A stretch of DNA of 64,000 nt from positions 298-64,297 of the forward strand of contig JAFSHF010000024.1 in NCBI GenBank assembly GCA_017440465.1. The letters run 5' to 3'. The stretch comes from Clostridia bacterium. GTDB taxonomy: Bacteria; Bacillota; Clostridia; Oscillospirales; QAKW01. Below, one piece after another: positions 37,116-47,569 of the stretch; within the stretch, counting starts at the first letter, position 1, and every line of letters begins with the position of its first letter. The notes beneath the pieces were generated by a model. It was not told the origin of the DNA. It saw only the letters and a program-made list of their open reading frames with translations, and made no database searches. A program made the position numbers and the translations under genes.

Positions 37116-37838
37116 ATGTTGAAATATGAAATTGAAGGCGGGAATCTCCCCGTTGTCATTTGCTATCCCGAAGCCAATCAGACCCTCTGCTCCGAGCGGG
37201 GCTCGATGAGCTGGATGAGCCCCAATATGCAGATGGAGACCCATACCGGCGGGTTTAAAAAAGCCATCGGGCGGCTCTTTTCGGGAGAATCCATCTTTTT
37301 GAATGAATATACCGCGTTGGGCGGCAGCGGTATGATCGCCTTTGCCTCCACCTTCCCCGGCTCCATCATCCCCTTTGAGGTGCATCCCGGCAACGGATTG
37401 ATCATCCAAAAGAAAGGCTTTTTGGCGATGGAAAAGGGGTTGGATCTTTCGGTCCATTTCCAAAAGAAATTGGGCTCCGGCTTTTTCGGCGGCGAAGGCT
37501 TTATCCTGCAAAAGGTTTCGGGCGAAGGGACGGTCTTTTTGGAGATCGACGGCCATTGCAAGGAATATACGCTGGCGGCAGGGGAGACCATCATCGTCGA
37601 CACCGGCTATTTAGCGGCAATGACCGAATCCTGCTCGATGGATATTCAGACAGTGAAGGGTGCCAAAAATATTTTCTTCGGCGGGGAGGGCCTATTCCAT
37701 ACCCGCATCACCGGTCCCGGTAAGGTCTATCTCCAATCGATGCCCTTATACCAGACCGCCCAAGCGTTGATCCCCTATCTCCCCCATTCTTCGTCCGACG
37801 GAGACGGCGGAATCAAGATCAATTTCGGCAATGACTAA
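37116..37838 (+). CDS. TIGR00266 / AIM24-family protein
   Basis: Beta-rich, 240 aa, with FFGGEGFILQKVSGEGTVFLE and FFGGEGLFHTRITGPGKVYLQS repeats typical of AIM24/DUF124. Confidence 0.8.
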   Translation: MLKYEIEGGNLPVVICYPEANQTLCSERGSMSWMSPNMQMETHTGGFKKAIGRLFSGESIFLNEYTALGGSGMIAFASTFPGSIIPFEVHPGNGLIIQKKGFLAMEKGLDLSVHFQKKLGSGFFGGEGFILQKVSGEGTVFLEIDGHCKEYTLAAGETIIVDTGYLAAMTESCSMDIQTVKGAKNIFFGGEGLFHTRITGPGKVYLQSMPLYQTAQALIPYLPHSSSDGDGGIKINFGND

Positions 37839-37844
37839 TCAATA

Positions 37845-37887
37845 AAAAAAAACTCTCAACCGCAATGCGGTTGAGAGATTTTTTTAT
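37845..37887. terminator. Bidirectional terminator
   Basis: A-run, then CTCTCAACCGC-AAT-GCGGTTGAGAG, then a T-run. Confidence 0.7.
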
Positions 37888-39149
37888 TCGCCTTCTTCCG
37901 AGTCTTCCTCTTCGGGAAGGACCTCTACCTTCAACCGCTCAATGCGGCGGTTATCGGTTTCCAAAACAGTGAAGGAAAGATTTTCATAATCCACCTGATC
38001 TCCGGTTTCGGCATAGTGCCCCAACTGCTCCACAACGAAGCCGCCGACGGTGGCATTATCATCATCTAAATCGCGGTCGTCGAATTCCACCTCATCGAAG
38101 AAATCTTCGATACGCATATCGCCGTCGACCTCCAAGATTCCGTCGGAAAGTTCCACAACTTCGGGCTCGATCTCGTCGTTTTCGTCCCAGATATCGCCCA
38201 CCAACTGCTCCATGGCATCTTCCATCGTCAGAATACCCATAACACCGCCGTATTCATCGGTGACCACCACGATATGGCTGCGTTTTTTGCGCATCAGTTC
38301 AAAGACTTCATCCAACGCCATGGTCTTATGCACAAAGACCGGCTCCATCATCGTTGCCAAGATATCGGCATCGGGATCCTCGGTCAGCGCGCGAATAACC
38401 AGATTGATATGCAAAATACCGATGATATTATCGATGGTATCTTTATAAACAGGGATGCGGGTATAGACCGAATCCAGCAAGATCTCCAGCATCTCTTCCC
38501 GCGTGCTTTCGGCATCGATGGCGACCATATCCACCCGCGGGGTGATGATCTCATACGCCTGCACCTCATCAAAATCAAAGGCACTTTGCAGAAGATCGCA
38601 TTTTTCTTCGTCGAGGACCCCTTCATCCTCCACGGTATCCAGAATGGTCTCCAATTCTTCTTCGCTGATGGGGCTGTTGTCGATCCCCTTTTTCCAAAGG
38701 TGAGAGACCAGCTTCACGATCGCATCCACAAGGATGACGATCGGCTTGGTAATGATCATCAGCACATAAAGCGGAATCGCATAGATGGTCGAAACCGCCT
38801 CGGGCATCGTCTTTGCCACGATCTTCGGCACGATCTCGCCGCAGATCAAGACAAGAATGGTCATTCCGATGGTGGCGATCCAGGCATTGGAGGAGCCCAA
38901 CCAACCGATGACGATGACGGTTGCCACCGATTCCGAGGCGATATTCACCAGGTTATTACCGATCAGAATGGTCGCCAAGGCATTTTCATAATTATTATAG
39001 ATCTTATAAGCCAGCTTGGCAGCGGTCGTCCCTTTTTCTTCGGCGGCACGCTTCAAACGCAGGTTATTGGCGGAAGCGTAGGCGATCTCCGAAGAGGAAA
39101 AGAACGCAGAAAACAGCAAGCAAACAACAATGATAATTGCATTAAGCAT
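37884..39149 (-). CDS. CNNM/CorC-type hemolysin-family protein (DUF21 + CBS pair + CorC_HlyC)
   Basis: 421 aa. N-terminal 4-TM DUF21, a CBS pair and a C-terminal transporter-associated domain. Confidence 0.85.
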   Translation of the reverse strand: MLNAIIIVVCLLFSAFFSSSEIAYASANNLRLKRAAEEKGTTAAKLAYKIYNNYENALATILIGNNLVNIASESVATVIVIGWLGSSNAWIATIGMTILVLICGEIVPKIVAKTMPEAVSTIYAIPLYVLMIITKPIVILVDAIVKLVSHLWKKGIDNSPISEEELETILDTVEDEGVLDEEKCDLLQSAFDFDEVQAYEIITPRVDMVAIDAESTREEMLEILLDSVYTRIPVYKDTIDNIIGILHINLVIRALTEDPDADILATMMEPVFVHKTMALDEVFELMRKKRSHIVVVTDEYGGVMGILTMEDAMEQLVGDIWDENDEIEPEVVELSDGILEVDGDMRIEDFFDEVEFDDRDLDDDNATVGGFVVEQLGHYAETGDQVDYENLSFTVLETDNRRIERLKVEVLPEEEDSEEGE

Positions 39150-40170
39150 TGGCTACGCCCCCTTCCGTCTCGTCATAGATCTCGCCGACCAGTTCCTCTA
39201 AAATATCCTCAACGGTAATAATACCGAGGATCTTTCCCATCGATTGAACATAGGCAATATGGGTGCGGTTGGCAGAAAGGGTGCTCAGCAGATCGTCCAC
39301 CGGGGTGGTGGCATCGATCATTGCCGCACTGCGCATAATCTGGCGCACGTTAAAGGTCTCTTTTTTATAATGACGTTTCAAGAAGTCACGAATACTCAGC
39401 GTTCCCACAACCCAGCCTTCGTCGTTGACAACCGGCAGGCGGGAAAAATTGCTGCTCCGGATCAGCTCCAGAACCTTCTCGTTACTGTCGTCCTCGTGGA
39501 TATGTAACACCTTTTGCCAGGGAGTCATCACGTCCTTAGCGGTACGCTCGGAAAACTCGATGGCGTTTTGCACCAATTCTTCGGTGTCTTCATCGATATC
39601 ATTTTCCTTAACAAAGGTCTCGATGATATCGTATAATTCGTCCTCCGTCACCGTGGGAGTCTCCTGCGCCTTTTGTTTAAAGGGGCGGCTGACCCACTCG
39701 CTGATGGCGGAGAAGCAGATACTGACCGGGGTCAGAACCTTCATCAAAAAGATCAACGATCCCGCAATGGCAAGGGCAAATTTTTCGTTGCACGCCTTAC
39801 CGAACGCCTTGGGGATCATCTCGCCGATCAAAAAGACTACAATGGTGGAAATAATCGTCGAAAGTGTTACCGCGTAATCCGGCATTGCTTCGATGCTGTC
39901 AAAAAGCGCATATGTAAAAACGGTGGAAAGGGTCGCGATCCCCGCATGGGTCACATTGGTACCGATCAGCAGGGTGGTCAACGCCTTATCGAAATGCTCC
40001 AAAATATAAAGCACCCGCTTGGCGCGCTTATCGCCATCCTCCGCCCGATTGGTCAACCGAATCCGATTCACCGATGCCAAAGCGATCTCCGCTCCGGCAA
40101 AATATGCGGCCAATAATAACAAAATAAAAATCGAAATCAAATACCACATACTACTGTCGTCCACGAACAA
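39142..40170 (-). CDS. CNNM-type protein (DUF21 + CBS pair, no CorC_HlyC domain)
   Basis: 342 aa, paralogous to the downstream gene. TTG start lies 5 nt after AGGAG. The protein ends right after the CBS pair. Confidence 0.8.
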   Translation of the reverse strand: MFVDDSSMWYLISIFILLLLAAYFAGAEIALASVNRIRLTNRAEDGDKRAKRVLYILEHFDKALTTLLIGTNVTHAGIATLSTVFTYALFDSIEAMPDYAVTLSTIISTIVVFLIGEMIPKAFGKACNEKFALAIAGSLIFLMKVLTPVSICFSAISEWVSRPFKQKAQETPTVTEDELYDIIETFVKENDIDEDTEELVQNAIEFSERTAKDVMTPWQKVLHIHEDDSNEKVLELIRSSNFSRLPVVNDEGWVVGTLSIRDFLKRHYKKETFNVRQIMRSAAMIDATTPVDDLLSTLSANRTHIAYVQSMGKILGIITVEDILEELVGEIYDETEGGVANA

Positions 40171-40310
40171 ACCAACTCCTTTTGTTTCTATAATCGGAAT
40201 TATTTTATCATACTTTTTTACTAATTACAATATGTTAATTGATTTTATGGCAAAACAGCGGTTTATTTTTGCTCTATTCTACATATACTTTGAAAAAAGG
40301 GGGAATTATT

Positions 40311-40844
40311 ATGAAAAGGACCATCAACCTTTGGCAATGGTTAGGGTTTATCGTCACCGGAATTTTAGGAGTACTTCTCCATTATTTATATGATTGGCTG
40401 GGGCAAAACCCGCTCATCGCCCTCATTTCAGCGGTCAATGAATCCACCTGGGAACATATGAAACTGCTCTTCTTCCCGATGTTCTTGTTTGCGCTGTTGC
40501 AGGCGCATTTCTGGAAGGATCGCCCGCAAAATTTTTGGTGCATCAAACTCTATGGGATCTTGATCGGGCTTGCGCTGATCCCCATCATTTTTTATACCTT
40601 CAACGGCGTTTTCGGTAAATCGCCCGATTGGTACAACATCACCATCTTTTTTCAGGCATCCGCCATCGCTTATTTAGCAGAGACCGCGCTCTTCAAAAGC
40701 GAAAAAGACGGCTGCTGCGCCGCAAAGCTTGCCCTTATCGCCCTGCTCGCCATCGCTGCACTCTTTGCCGCCTTTACCTTCTTTCCGCCCAATATCCCGC
40801 TCTTTCGGGACCCCATTACTATGCAATACGGTATTATTTCATAA
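40311..40844 (+). CDS. Uncharacterised polytopic membrane protein (177 aa)
   Basis: ATG 40311 follows GGGGGA. Five to six hydrophobic segments. Its last ~24 codons plus terminator are duplicated at 59191-59294. Confidence 0.6.
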   Translation: MKRTINLWQWLGFIVTGILGVLLHYLYDWLGQNPLIALISAVNESTWEHMKLLFFPMFLFALLQAHFWKDRPQNFWCIKLYGILIGLALIPIIFYTFNGVFGKSPDWYNITIFFQASAIAYLAETALFKSEKDGCCAAKLALIALLAIAALFAAFTFFPPNIPLFRDPITMQYGIIS

Positions 40845-40875
40845 AAGAAGCCTTGGAATCATCTGATTCCAAGGC
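40772..40875 (+). repeat. Direct repeat, left copy (gene 3' end + terminator hairpin)
   Basis: Ungapped hand alignment with 59191-59294 gives 98/104 identical. The hairpin GCCTTGGAATC...GATTCCAAGGC is conserved. Confidence 0.9.
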
Positions 40876-40916
40876 ATTTTTTGTTTTATAAATTTCCGCT
40901 CTTTAGAGAATACTTA

Positions 40917-41834
40917 TTATATCGCAGTACTTGCATCCCGAAGAAGGTTTATTGCATACTTGGCATAGTCTGAAAGGTATTGCCCACGGCGGGTAACGAT
41001 CACCGGTTGACGGCGGAAGGTATCGTTCTTTATTTTAAATAAGGAAAGATTTGTTTGATCCAAAGATTCACCATCCAAAAACTGCAGCGGCAGTAGGGTA
41101 GCTCCGATGCCTGCTCGCGCCATCGCCCAAGCTGTAGTAAGTCCAACCACTTCCATTGCTATCGGCGGATGGATTTCTTCTGCGGCACAAAGTTGTTCAA
41201 ACAACCGCCGCATCTCCTTGGCAGGTTCCACCACAATACAGGGAAGATTTCGACAATCCTTAAAATCAATCTCAGTAAACTTGTCCCCTTGCTTTAAATC
41301 AAGTCGATCCAGCATCTCATTGGGCACCGCCAACACCAAAATATCCGGCTCAATAGGAATATAGTCCAGCACCGATTCGTCTACCGGCAGGTTCACAATG
41401 GCGAAATCTAATTTTCCCTCAACCACATCCTTGCGGATCTGCTCGCTGTTTGTATCCGAAATGCTGATCTCCACCCCCGGAAAGCGGGCACGAATCTTTT
41501 TAGCGATCTGAGGGATCAAATATAGGCTGCGAAAGGGCGATAGGCCAATAGAAAGCCGCCCATATTCCCCGGAGCGATATTGGTCCATCGATCGCTTAAG
41601 CTGGTCTTCCCTATAAAGCAATTCTTTTGCTTCTTTAATAAAATGCTCCCCCGCCGCAGTGAGTCTCATCGGAACACACTTGCGGTCGAACAGCTTTACC
41701 CCCAAATCATTTTCTAAATTAATAATTTGCTTGCTGAGTGCAGGCTGAGAAATGTTCAATTTTTCCGATACCTTTGAAAAATTACAAACCTCTGCCAATT
41801 CAATGGCATATTGCAATTGTTTTGAATTCATCAC
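40917..41834 (-). CDS. LysR-family transcriptional regulator
   Basis: HTH LQYAIELAEVCNFSKVSEKLNISQPALSKQIINLENDLGVKLFDR. Divergent from the permease gene. Confidence 0.9.
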   Translation of the reverse strand: MMNSKQLQYAIELAEVCNFSKVSEKLNISQPALSKQIINLENDLGVKLFDRKCVPMRLTAAGEHFIKEAKELLYREDQLKRSMDQYRSGEYGRLSIGLSPFRSLYLIPQIAKKIRARFPGVEISISDTNSEQIRKDVVEGKLDFAIVNLPVDESVLDYIPIEPDILVLAVPNEMLDRLDLKQGDKFTEIDFKDCRNLPCIVVEPAKEMRRLFEQLCAAEEIHPPIAMEVVGLTTAWAMARAGIGATLLPLQFLDGESLDQTNLSLFKIKNDTFRRQPVIVTRRGQYLSDYAKYAINLLRDASTAI

Positions 41835-41915
41835 TTTTCTTCCTTATTATAGACAAATCTTTATATAAATGATAACCCTTTCGATATAATTTTGCAAGAA
41901 AAATTTGAAAAATAC

Positions 41916-41944
41916 TTGACATTTCCTTTAGACGGTTGTATTAT
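41916..41944 (+). promoter_or_regulatory. Sigma-A type promoter for the DctM-like permease
   Basis: TTGACA, a 17-nt spacer, then TATTAT. Confidence 0.45.
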
Positions 41945-42010
41945 AACTTACAGGAAATAGATCTTATAACATTTTTCCTATAATCATTTCAAATTCAGGA
42001 GGAAACAAAA

Positions 42011-43375
42011 ATGCCTATCGAAGTATGGTATTTGGTGGCGGTATTCGCAGTTGCGATTACCGGCTTTGTTGTTCTGAAACGTCCCTTATACGAATGTATG
42101 CTTGCAGCGTTCGTTGTTCTGGTTGCCATCACCGGCACCTGGGCCGATATCGGAACATTCATCTGGGATGCTTTGCAAGAATCCACCCTTTATGTGATCT
42201 TTGCATTCATTCTTTCGGCAGCATTGCTTTCAAAAACCTCAGTAATCGACGATTGTATCGCGATCATTCTTTCCATTTTTGGCCGTTTCAGAGGCGGTGC
42301 AGGCTTTGTTGCTGTCATCGGCAGTTCCTACATGGGCTCTCTCTCCGGCTCCGGTCCGGGAAATGTGGCAACCACCGGTGTGTTCACCATTCCTGCTATG
42401 ATCCGTTCCGGTTTCCCGCCCCATTTGGCCGCCAACGTGGAAGCCCATGCCAGCACCATGGGTAATATGATTCCCCCGGCAGGTATGATTGGTGTTGCTT
42501 TTGCCATTTTGGATGGATTGTATCCCAATACCTATACTTTCCCGCAGTATTGGATGCTGCTTTGGGGCATTGCGATCTGGTTCATTCTTCAAAGAATCCT
42601 TACCTTATACTTTATGTGCAGATATTATAAGGTAGAGCCGATGCAAAAAGCTGATATCCCCAGCTTCAAAGAGTCTGTCAAACGCGGTTGGAAGGCGGTA
42701 TTTTTGCCCATCATCGTTTTTGTTCCCTTCCTGCTGACCACCGAATTTGATTATTTCTTTACCGCTCGCTTGGGTGAAGCCGGAGCCAAGGCGCTCAACA
42801 GCAGCCTTCTGCTGATCATCCCCGCATTGATCGTTATCTGCGGTATCTTCCTTTCCGATAAGAAGACCCGCAAGGAAATGACCTTGAAAAATATGTATAA
42901 GGGCATCAACGATGGTATGCTCAAGGTGGTTCCCACCGCGGCTTTGGTTCTCTTTGCTTATTTTGTAAGTAACGTTTTTGAAGCTCTTAAGGTAGAGCAG
43001 GCCATCGGTGACTACTTTGCGGTTTTGAATCTGCCTCGTGTGGTCCTCTGCTTCTTGATCCCGCTGATCTGCGCCATCCTTGGTATGCTGTTGCCCGGTT
43101 CTTCTCAGGTGAAGATCTTTGGCGGCATCATCATCACCATTATGGCCACTGCCGGCTGTAATCCGATGTTGGTTGCCGGTATGCTGCCCTGCATCTGCGG
43201 TTCAATGCACGGTGTTACTCCGCCCTACTGCGCTTGTGTTTACACCGGTATGGGCATAGCCCAAGCGGAATTGAAGCCTACATTGCTCAACTGCGGAATA
43301 TGGGTTGCCTTGCATTATCTGCTCTCGGTTTTGATCCTGCTTGGTTGGCTCCCTGTCTGGGGCCTGATCGGTTAA
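42011..43375 (+). CDS. DctM-like (TRAP large permease family) membrane protein, no DctP/DctQ partner seen
   Basis: 454 aa, polytopic, with GSSYMGSLSGSGPGNVATTGVFTIPAM and NMIPPAG resembling DctM signatures. Confidence 0.65.
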   Translation: MPIEVWYLVAVFAVAITGFVVLKRPLYECMLAAFVVLVAITGTWADIGTFIWDALQESTLYVIFAFILSAALLSKTSVIDDCIAIILSIFGRFRGGAGFVAVIGSSYMGSLSGSGPGNVATTGVFTIPAMIRSGFPPHLAANVEAHASTMGNMIPPAGMIGVAFAILDGLYPNTYTFPQYWMLLWGIAIWFILQRILTLYFMCRYYKVEPMQKADIPSFKESVKRGWKAVFLPIIVFVPFLLTTEFDYFFTARLGEAGAKALNSSLLLIIPALIVICGIFLSDKKTRKEMTLKNMYKGINDGMLKVVPTAALVLFAYFVSNVFEALKVEQAIGDYFAVLNLPRVVLCFLIPLICAILGMLLPGSSQVKIFGGIIITIMATAGCNPMLVAGMLPCICGSMHGVTPPYCACVYTGMGIAQAELKPTLLNCGIWVALHYLLSVLILLGWLPVWGLIG

Positions 43376-43390
43376 GGAGGTTGAAGAATT

Positions 43391-43687
43391 ATGCGTAAAA
43401 AGATTTTTGATGTTTTAAATAAGATCTATGGCGTTCTGATGACCGTCTCCTTCTTCGGCGGTGTTCTTCCGCTGGTTCCCTTCTTGGTAGCCTTGGTTAT
43501 CGGCGGTGAGGCTGCCGAAAAGATTTCGGTATTTTTCTCCGAACAGTATTATCCTTGGGTTATCATCATCGGCTCCATTGCTATTGTCTTTGGATTGATC
43601 GCGATGTATGTGGGCAAGCTGGAAGGCTTGAGTGTCAAGAGCGTTACAGCGGATAAAAAAGCCAAAGAACAACCCGAAGAAAAATAA
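43391..43687 (+). CDS. Small two-TM membrane protein coupled to the permease
   Basis: 98 aa. AGGAGG SD. Lys/Glu-rich tail. Confidence 0.5.
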   Translation: MRKKIFDVLNKIYGVLMTVSFFGGVLPLVPFLVALVIGGEAAEKISVFFSEQYYPWVIIIGSIAIVFGLIAMYVGKLEGLSVKSVTADKKAKEQPEEK

Positions 43688-43696
43688 TAAACTAAT

Positions 43697-43731
43697 AAAA
43701 AAAGAGATCTCTGATAGAGATCTCTTTTTGC
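43697..43731. terminator. Bidirectional terminator
   Basis: AAAAGAGATCTCT-GAT-AGAGATCTCTTTT. Confidence 0.7.
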
Positions 43732-43733
43732 TT

Positions 43734-44975
43734 TTATTTCAAATCCAAAGGCTTAATATCAGTAAGCAAATCGCGGCGCAGCATATCTTCACCCTCGGTG
43801 TTGATAATTCGGATACGTGCCTTGGCTGCATTATGCTTTTCCACCAACTCCTCATAGGAATTTGCTTGAATGGTGATACTGGCAATGCGATCACTGCTGG
43901 TGGCAGCATTAAAGATCTCAGCACCTTGGTGCTTAAATTGCCAATATTCTGCCAAAATTCCTTCTTGCTTCAGTTCCTCAAAGCCTTCCAAATGGTCGAA
44001 ATGACCAAGTTTTCCATATAAGAATTCATTGGTGATATATTTGCTTTCCGAACGGATCTCGCCAACCTCTACCTTTTCACCCAAGGTGAGGTCTACCACA
44101 GCCTTGATGGGATCAAATCCGCTGGCCATCTTCAACAACAGATATTTGGCACCGCCGCCGTTACGAGCACAAAACTCCAGCACCGATTCTCTTTTATCGT
44201 CGGTAAGGAGCTGAACCAACATCGGCGTATTTTTTAAGCCAAATGCATCGGCAATCTTTTGCCCGATCTCGCGGATACGCTCCAAGGTTTCGGGTTTAAT
44301 TGCAGCAGGGTAGCGGGTACGGAATGCCAGAAAGCGATCCTTATAGTCTACCTTTTCGGTATTGGATGCGCTGAGCAAATAGGACTTGCCATCTACAATC
44401 TGGTAATCAACTGTAATCTCCGCGCCTTCCACAAATTCTTCCACAATGACAATGCCTGATCGGCTGATATTGGCAGCCTCAGCAAAGAATTGCTTTAATT
44501 CCTCTTCGTTGGTAGCCTTGCGCACACCTTTAGAGCTATAGGCATCAGCGGGCTTTACCACCAACGGATATTGGATTTCGGCGACCTTTTGCATATCCAA
44601 TGTTTTCATAAACATATGCTTTGAGGATGGAATGCCGTATTGATGGAATATCGCTTTCATATGGCTCTTATCGGATACTGCGCAAGCGGTTTCATAATCA
44701 ATATAGCAAGGCAAGCCCAGCATTTCCGAAACCTTTGCCACAGTGATCAACACTTGATCTGCACAGACGGTGATCAAAAAGTCTACCTTTTCTTCTTCGG
44801 CAACCTTTTTCACCGCCTCCACATTCAGCAGATCTACCTTGACAAATTGGTCGGCATACGGGCGTGCAACCGCATTCACATTATTATCGGCGAGGATTGT
44901 ATAAATTCCTCTTTCTTTCAACTGACCGAGCAGCACCGCCTGAGAAGGACTGCCGGCAAGAACTAATGCTTTCAT
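43734..44975 (-). CDS. ATP-grasp ligase (glycan locus, ATP-grasp 4)
   Basis: ATG 44975 (MKALVLAGSP...) and YPLVVKPADAYSSKGVRKATNEEEL. Paralogous to 49807..51117 and 52381..53589. Confidence 0.8.
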   Translation of the reverse strand: MKALVLAGSPSQAVLLGQLKERGIYTILADNNVNAVARPYADQFVKVDLLNVEAVKKVAEEEKVDFLITVCADQVLITVAKVSEMLGLPCYIDYETACAVSDKSHMKAIFHQYGIPSSKHMFMKTLDMQKVAEIQYPLVVKPADAYSSKGVRKATNEEELKQFFAEAANISRSGIVIVEEFVEGAEITVDYQIVDGKSYLLSASNTEKVDYKDRFLAFRTRYPAAIKPETLERIREIGQKIADAFGLKNTPMLVQLLTDDKRESVLEFCARNGGGAKYLLLKMASGFDPIKAVVDLTLGEKVEVGEIRSESKYITNEFLYGKLGHFDHLEGFEELKQEGILAEYWQFKHQGAEIFNAATSSDRIASITIQANSYEELVEKHNAAKARIRIINTEGEDMLRRDLLTDIKPLDLK

Positions 44976-44988
44976 TTTGATTCCCCTA

Positions 44989-45633
44989 TTAATTTTTACG
45001 TACCGTAAGATCGTCGTATTTATTAAAAGCGACTCCCTTACCGCCAAGAACGGTGCCCACTGTGCGGAAAAGGATCTTGATGTCTAACCAGAGGCTGAAG
45101 TGATCAATGTATTGGATATCCAATTTGATCTTCTCGGTCCAAGTAAGCTCATTGCGGCCGTTAACCTGCGCCCAACCGGTAACCCCGGGGCGCATTTCCA
45201 TCCGTCTACGCTGTTCCTCGGAATATTGCTCCACCTGATACGGAAGAGTGGGCCGCGGACCAACAAAGCTCATGGTTCCGTTTAAGATATTAAATAACTG
45301 CATCAACTCATCCAAACTGGTCTTGCGCAAAAAGGCACCAACTTTATTAATGCGGTCCTCAGATTTGAGCAATTCGCCGTTGGCTTGATAGAGAACCCCG
45401 TTCTCTACATAGGAATCTTCCGGCGGAAGATCCATGGTGCGGAATTTATATATTTTAAAAATCTTGCCGTCCTTGCCCACACGATCCTGAACAAACACCG
45501 CCGGCCCCTTGGAGGTCAACTTGATGACAATGGGAACCACGATCAACACAGGGATCGCAATTAAAATAAGAATCATCAGCGCGCTGGCAATGATATCAAA
45601 GGTTCGTTTTAATGCCAATTGAAGTTTTCTCAT
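44989..45633 (-). CDS. Small monotopic phosphoglycosyl transferase (PglC/WbaP C-terminal type, initiating sugar transferase)
   Basis: KRTFDIIASALMIL..., KFRTM, FVGPRPTLPYQ and RPGVTGWAQVNGR. Confidence 0.85.
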   Translation of the reverse strand: MRKLQLALKRTFDIIASALMILILIAIPVLIVVPIVIKLTSKGPAVFVQDRVGKDGKIFKIYKFRTMDLPPEDSYVENGVLYQANGELLKSEDRINKVGAFLRKTSLDELMQLFNILNGTMSFVGPRPTLPYQVEQYSEEQRRRMEMRPGVTGWAQVNGRNELTWTEKIKLDIQYIDHFSLWLDIKILFRTVGTVLGGKGVAFNKYDDLTVRKN

Positions 45634-45653
45634 TTACTCCATCTCCATCTGAT

Positions 45654-46679
45654 TTATCGGTTTTCATACATATTCTTATAGTAGTTCTGATATTCGCCCG
45701 AAATGATGGTTTCCCACCATTCGCGGTTATCCAGATACCATTGGATTGTTTTCTGAATGCCCTCTTCAAACCTTGTTTCGGGCAGCCAACCCAATTCGTT
45801 ATGGATCTTGGTGGGATCAATGGCATAGCGCATGTCGTGTCCCTTCCGATCCGCCACATAGGTGATGAGACTTTCCGGCTTATCCAGTGCCTTGCAGATC
45901 AATCGAACAATATCGATATTCCGCATCTCATTATGACCGCCGATATTATAGACTTCACCGATCCGCCCCTTATGCAGAATCAAATCAATTGCCTTGCAGT
46001 GATCCTCCACATAAAGCCAGTCGCGTACATTCAGCCCTTCCCCATAAACCGGCAAGGGCTTATCGTTTAGCGCATTGGCAATCATCAGCGGGATTAACTT
46101 TTCGGGGAAATGATAGGGACCATAGTTATTGGAGCAGCGGCTGATGGTCACCGGCAGGCCAAAGGTACGATGATATGCCTGCACCATCAAATCCGCCGAC
46201 GCCTTCGCCGCCGAATAGGGCGAACTTGTATGGATCGGGGTCTCCTCGGTAAATAAAAGATCAGGACGATCCAGCGGAAGATCTCCATAAACCTCATCGG
46301 TTGAAACCTGATGAAAGCGGATATTGCCGAATTTGCGGCAGGCATCCATCAGAATCTGCGTTCCCAAAATATTGGTTTTGAGAAACACCTCGGGATCCTC
46401 AATGGAGCGATCTACATGGGATTCCGCCGCAAAATTGACCACAACATCGGGCTTCTCTTCTTCAAACAATTGATAGATCCCTTCACGATCGCAGATATCA
46501 ATTTTAACGAAACGGAAGTTTTCCTTCTTCAGCACTGATGCCAGGGTAGAAAGATTTCCCGCATAAGTAAGTTTATCCAGACAGACAATGCGATACGCAG
46601 GATATTTGTCCATCATATGAAATATGAAATTCGAGCCGATAAAGCCGGCACCGCCGGTAACAAATACAGTTTTAGACAT
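45654..46679 (-). CDS. rfbB: dTDP-glucose 4,6-dehydratase
   Basis: VTGGAGFIGSNF, YSAAKASAD (YxxxK). 341 aa. Confidence 0.95.
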   Translation of the reverse strand: MSKTVFVTGGAGFIGSNFIFHMMDKYPAYRIVCLDKLTYAGNLSTLASVLKKENFRFVKIDICDREGIYQLFEEEKPDVVVNFAAESHVDRSIEDPEVFLKTNILGTQILMDACRKFGNIRFHQVSTDEVYGDLPLDRPDLLFTEETPIHTSSPYSAAKASADLMVQAYHRTFGLPVTISRCSNNYGPYHFPEKLIPLMIANALNDKPLPVYGEGLNVRDWLYVEDHCKAIDLILHKGRIGEVYNIGGHNEMRNIDIVRLICKALDKPESLITYVADRKGHDMRYAIDPTKIHNELGWLPETRFEEGIQKTIQWYLDNREWWETIISGEYQNYYKNMYENR

Positions 46680-46680
46680 C

Positions 46681-47550
46681 TTATTTCTCCTTAATCAATG
46701 AGAGCAGATACTGCCCATAATCGGTCATCTTCAGACTTTCACCGATGGCACACAACTGCGCATCGGAAATAAATCCGCGTCGCCAGGCGATCTCTTCAAT
46801 ACAAGATACATAGAAACCTTGCCGATCCTGTACTGCTTCCACAAACTGAGCCGCTTTGAGCATTCCATCGGGCGTACCTGTGTCAAGCCACGCGATTCCG
46901 CGCCCCATTAACTCTACGCGCAACTCGCCCAGCTCCAGATAAGCGTTGTTGACCGCGGTGATTTCGATCTCTCCGCGAGCAGATGGTTTTACCTTCTTTG
47001 CAATTTCAACCACTCTGTTATCATAAAAATACAATCCCGGAACGGCATAATTGGATTTGGGTTGTGCCGGTTTTTCCTCGATGGAAACAACACGGTGGTC
47101 TTTATCAAATTCTACCACACCGAAAGCGGTCGCATCTTTCACAGGGTAACCGAAGATGGTGGCACCGGAAGAATTTTCGATGGCACGTTTGAGAATTTTG
47201 GTCATATCCTGCCCAAAAAACACATTGTCGCCCAATATCAAGCAGACGCTGTCTCTACCGATAAATTCCTCGCCGAGGATAAATGCGTCCGCCAGCCCAC
47301 GCGGCGTTTCCTGCACCTTATAGGAGATAGATACGCCGATAGTGCTGCCATCACCCAAAAGTTTTTCATAAATAGGGGTATCCTCCGGAGTGGAGATAAT
47401 CAAAATTTCCCGAATCCCTGCCAATAGCAGCATCGACAAGGGATAATAGATTAACGGCTTATCATAAATAGGCAGAAGTTGCTTGGAAACTACCTTTGTC
47501 ATGGGATACAAACGAGTTCCTTTTCCGCCGGCCAGAATAATTCCTTTCAT
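46681..47550 (-). CDS. rfbA: Glucose-1-phosphate thymidylyltransferase
   Basis: ATG 47550 ([18 protein letters not shown]), preceded by GGGAGG. Confidence 0.95.
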   Translation of the reverse strand: MKGIILAGGKGTRLYPMTKVVSKQLLPIYDKPLIYYPLSMLLLAGIREILIISTPEDTPIYEKLLGDGSTIGVSISYKVQETPRGLADAFILGEEFIGRDSVCLILGDNVFFGQDMTKILKRAIENSSGATIFGYPVKDATAFGVVEFDKDHRVVSIEEKPAQPKSNYAVPGLYFYDNRVVEIAKKVKPSARGEIEITAVNNAYLELGELRVELMGRGIAWLDTGTPDGMLKAAQFVEAVQDRQGFYVSCIEEIAWRRGFISDAQLCAIGESLKMTDYGQYLLSLIKEK

Positions 47551-47569
47551 AGATACAACCTCCCTGTTT

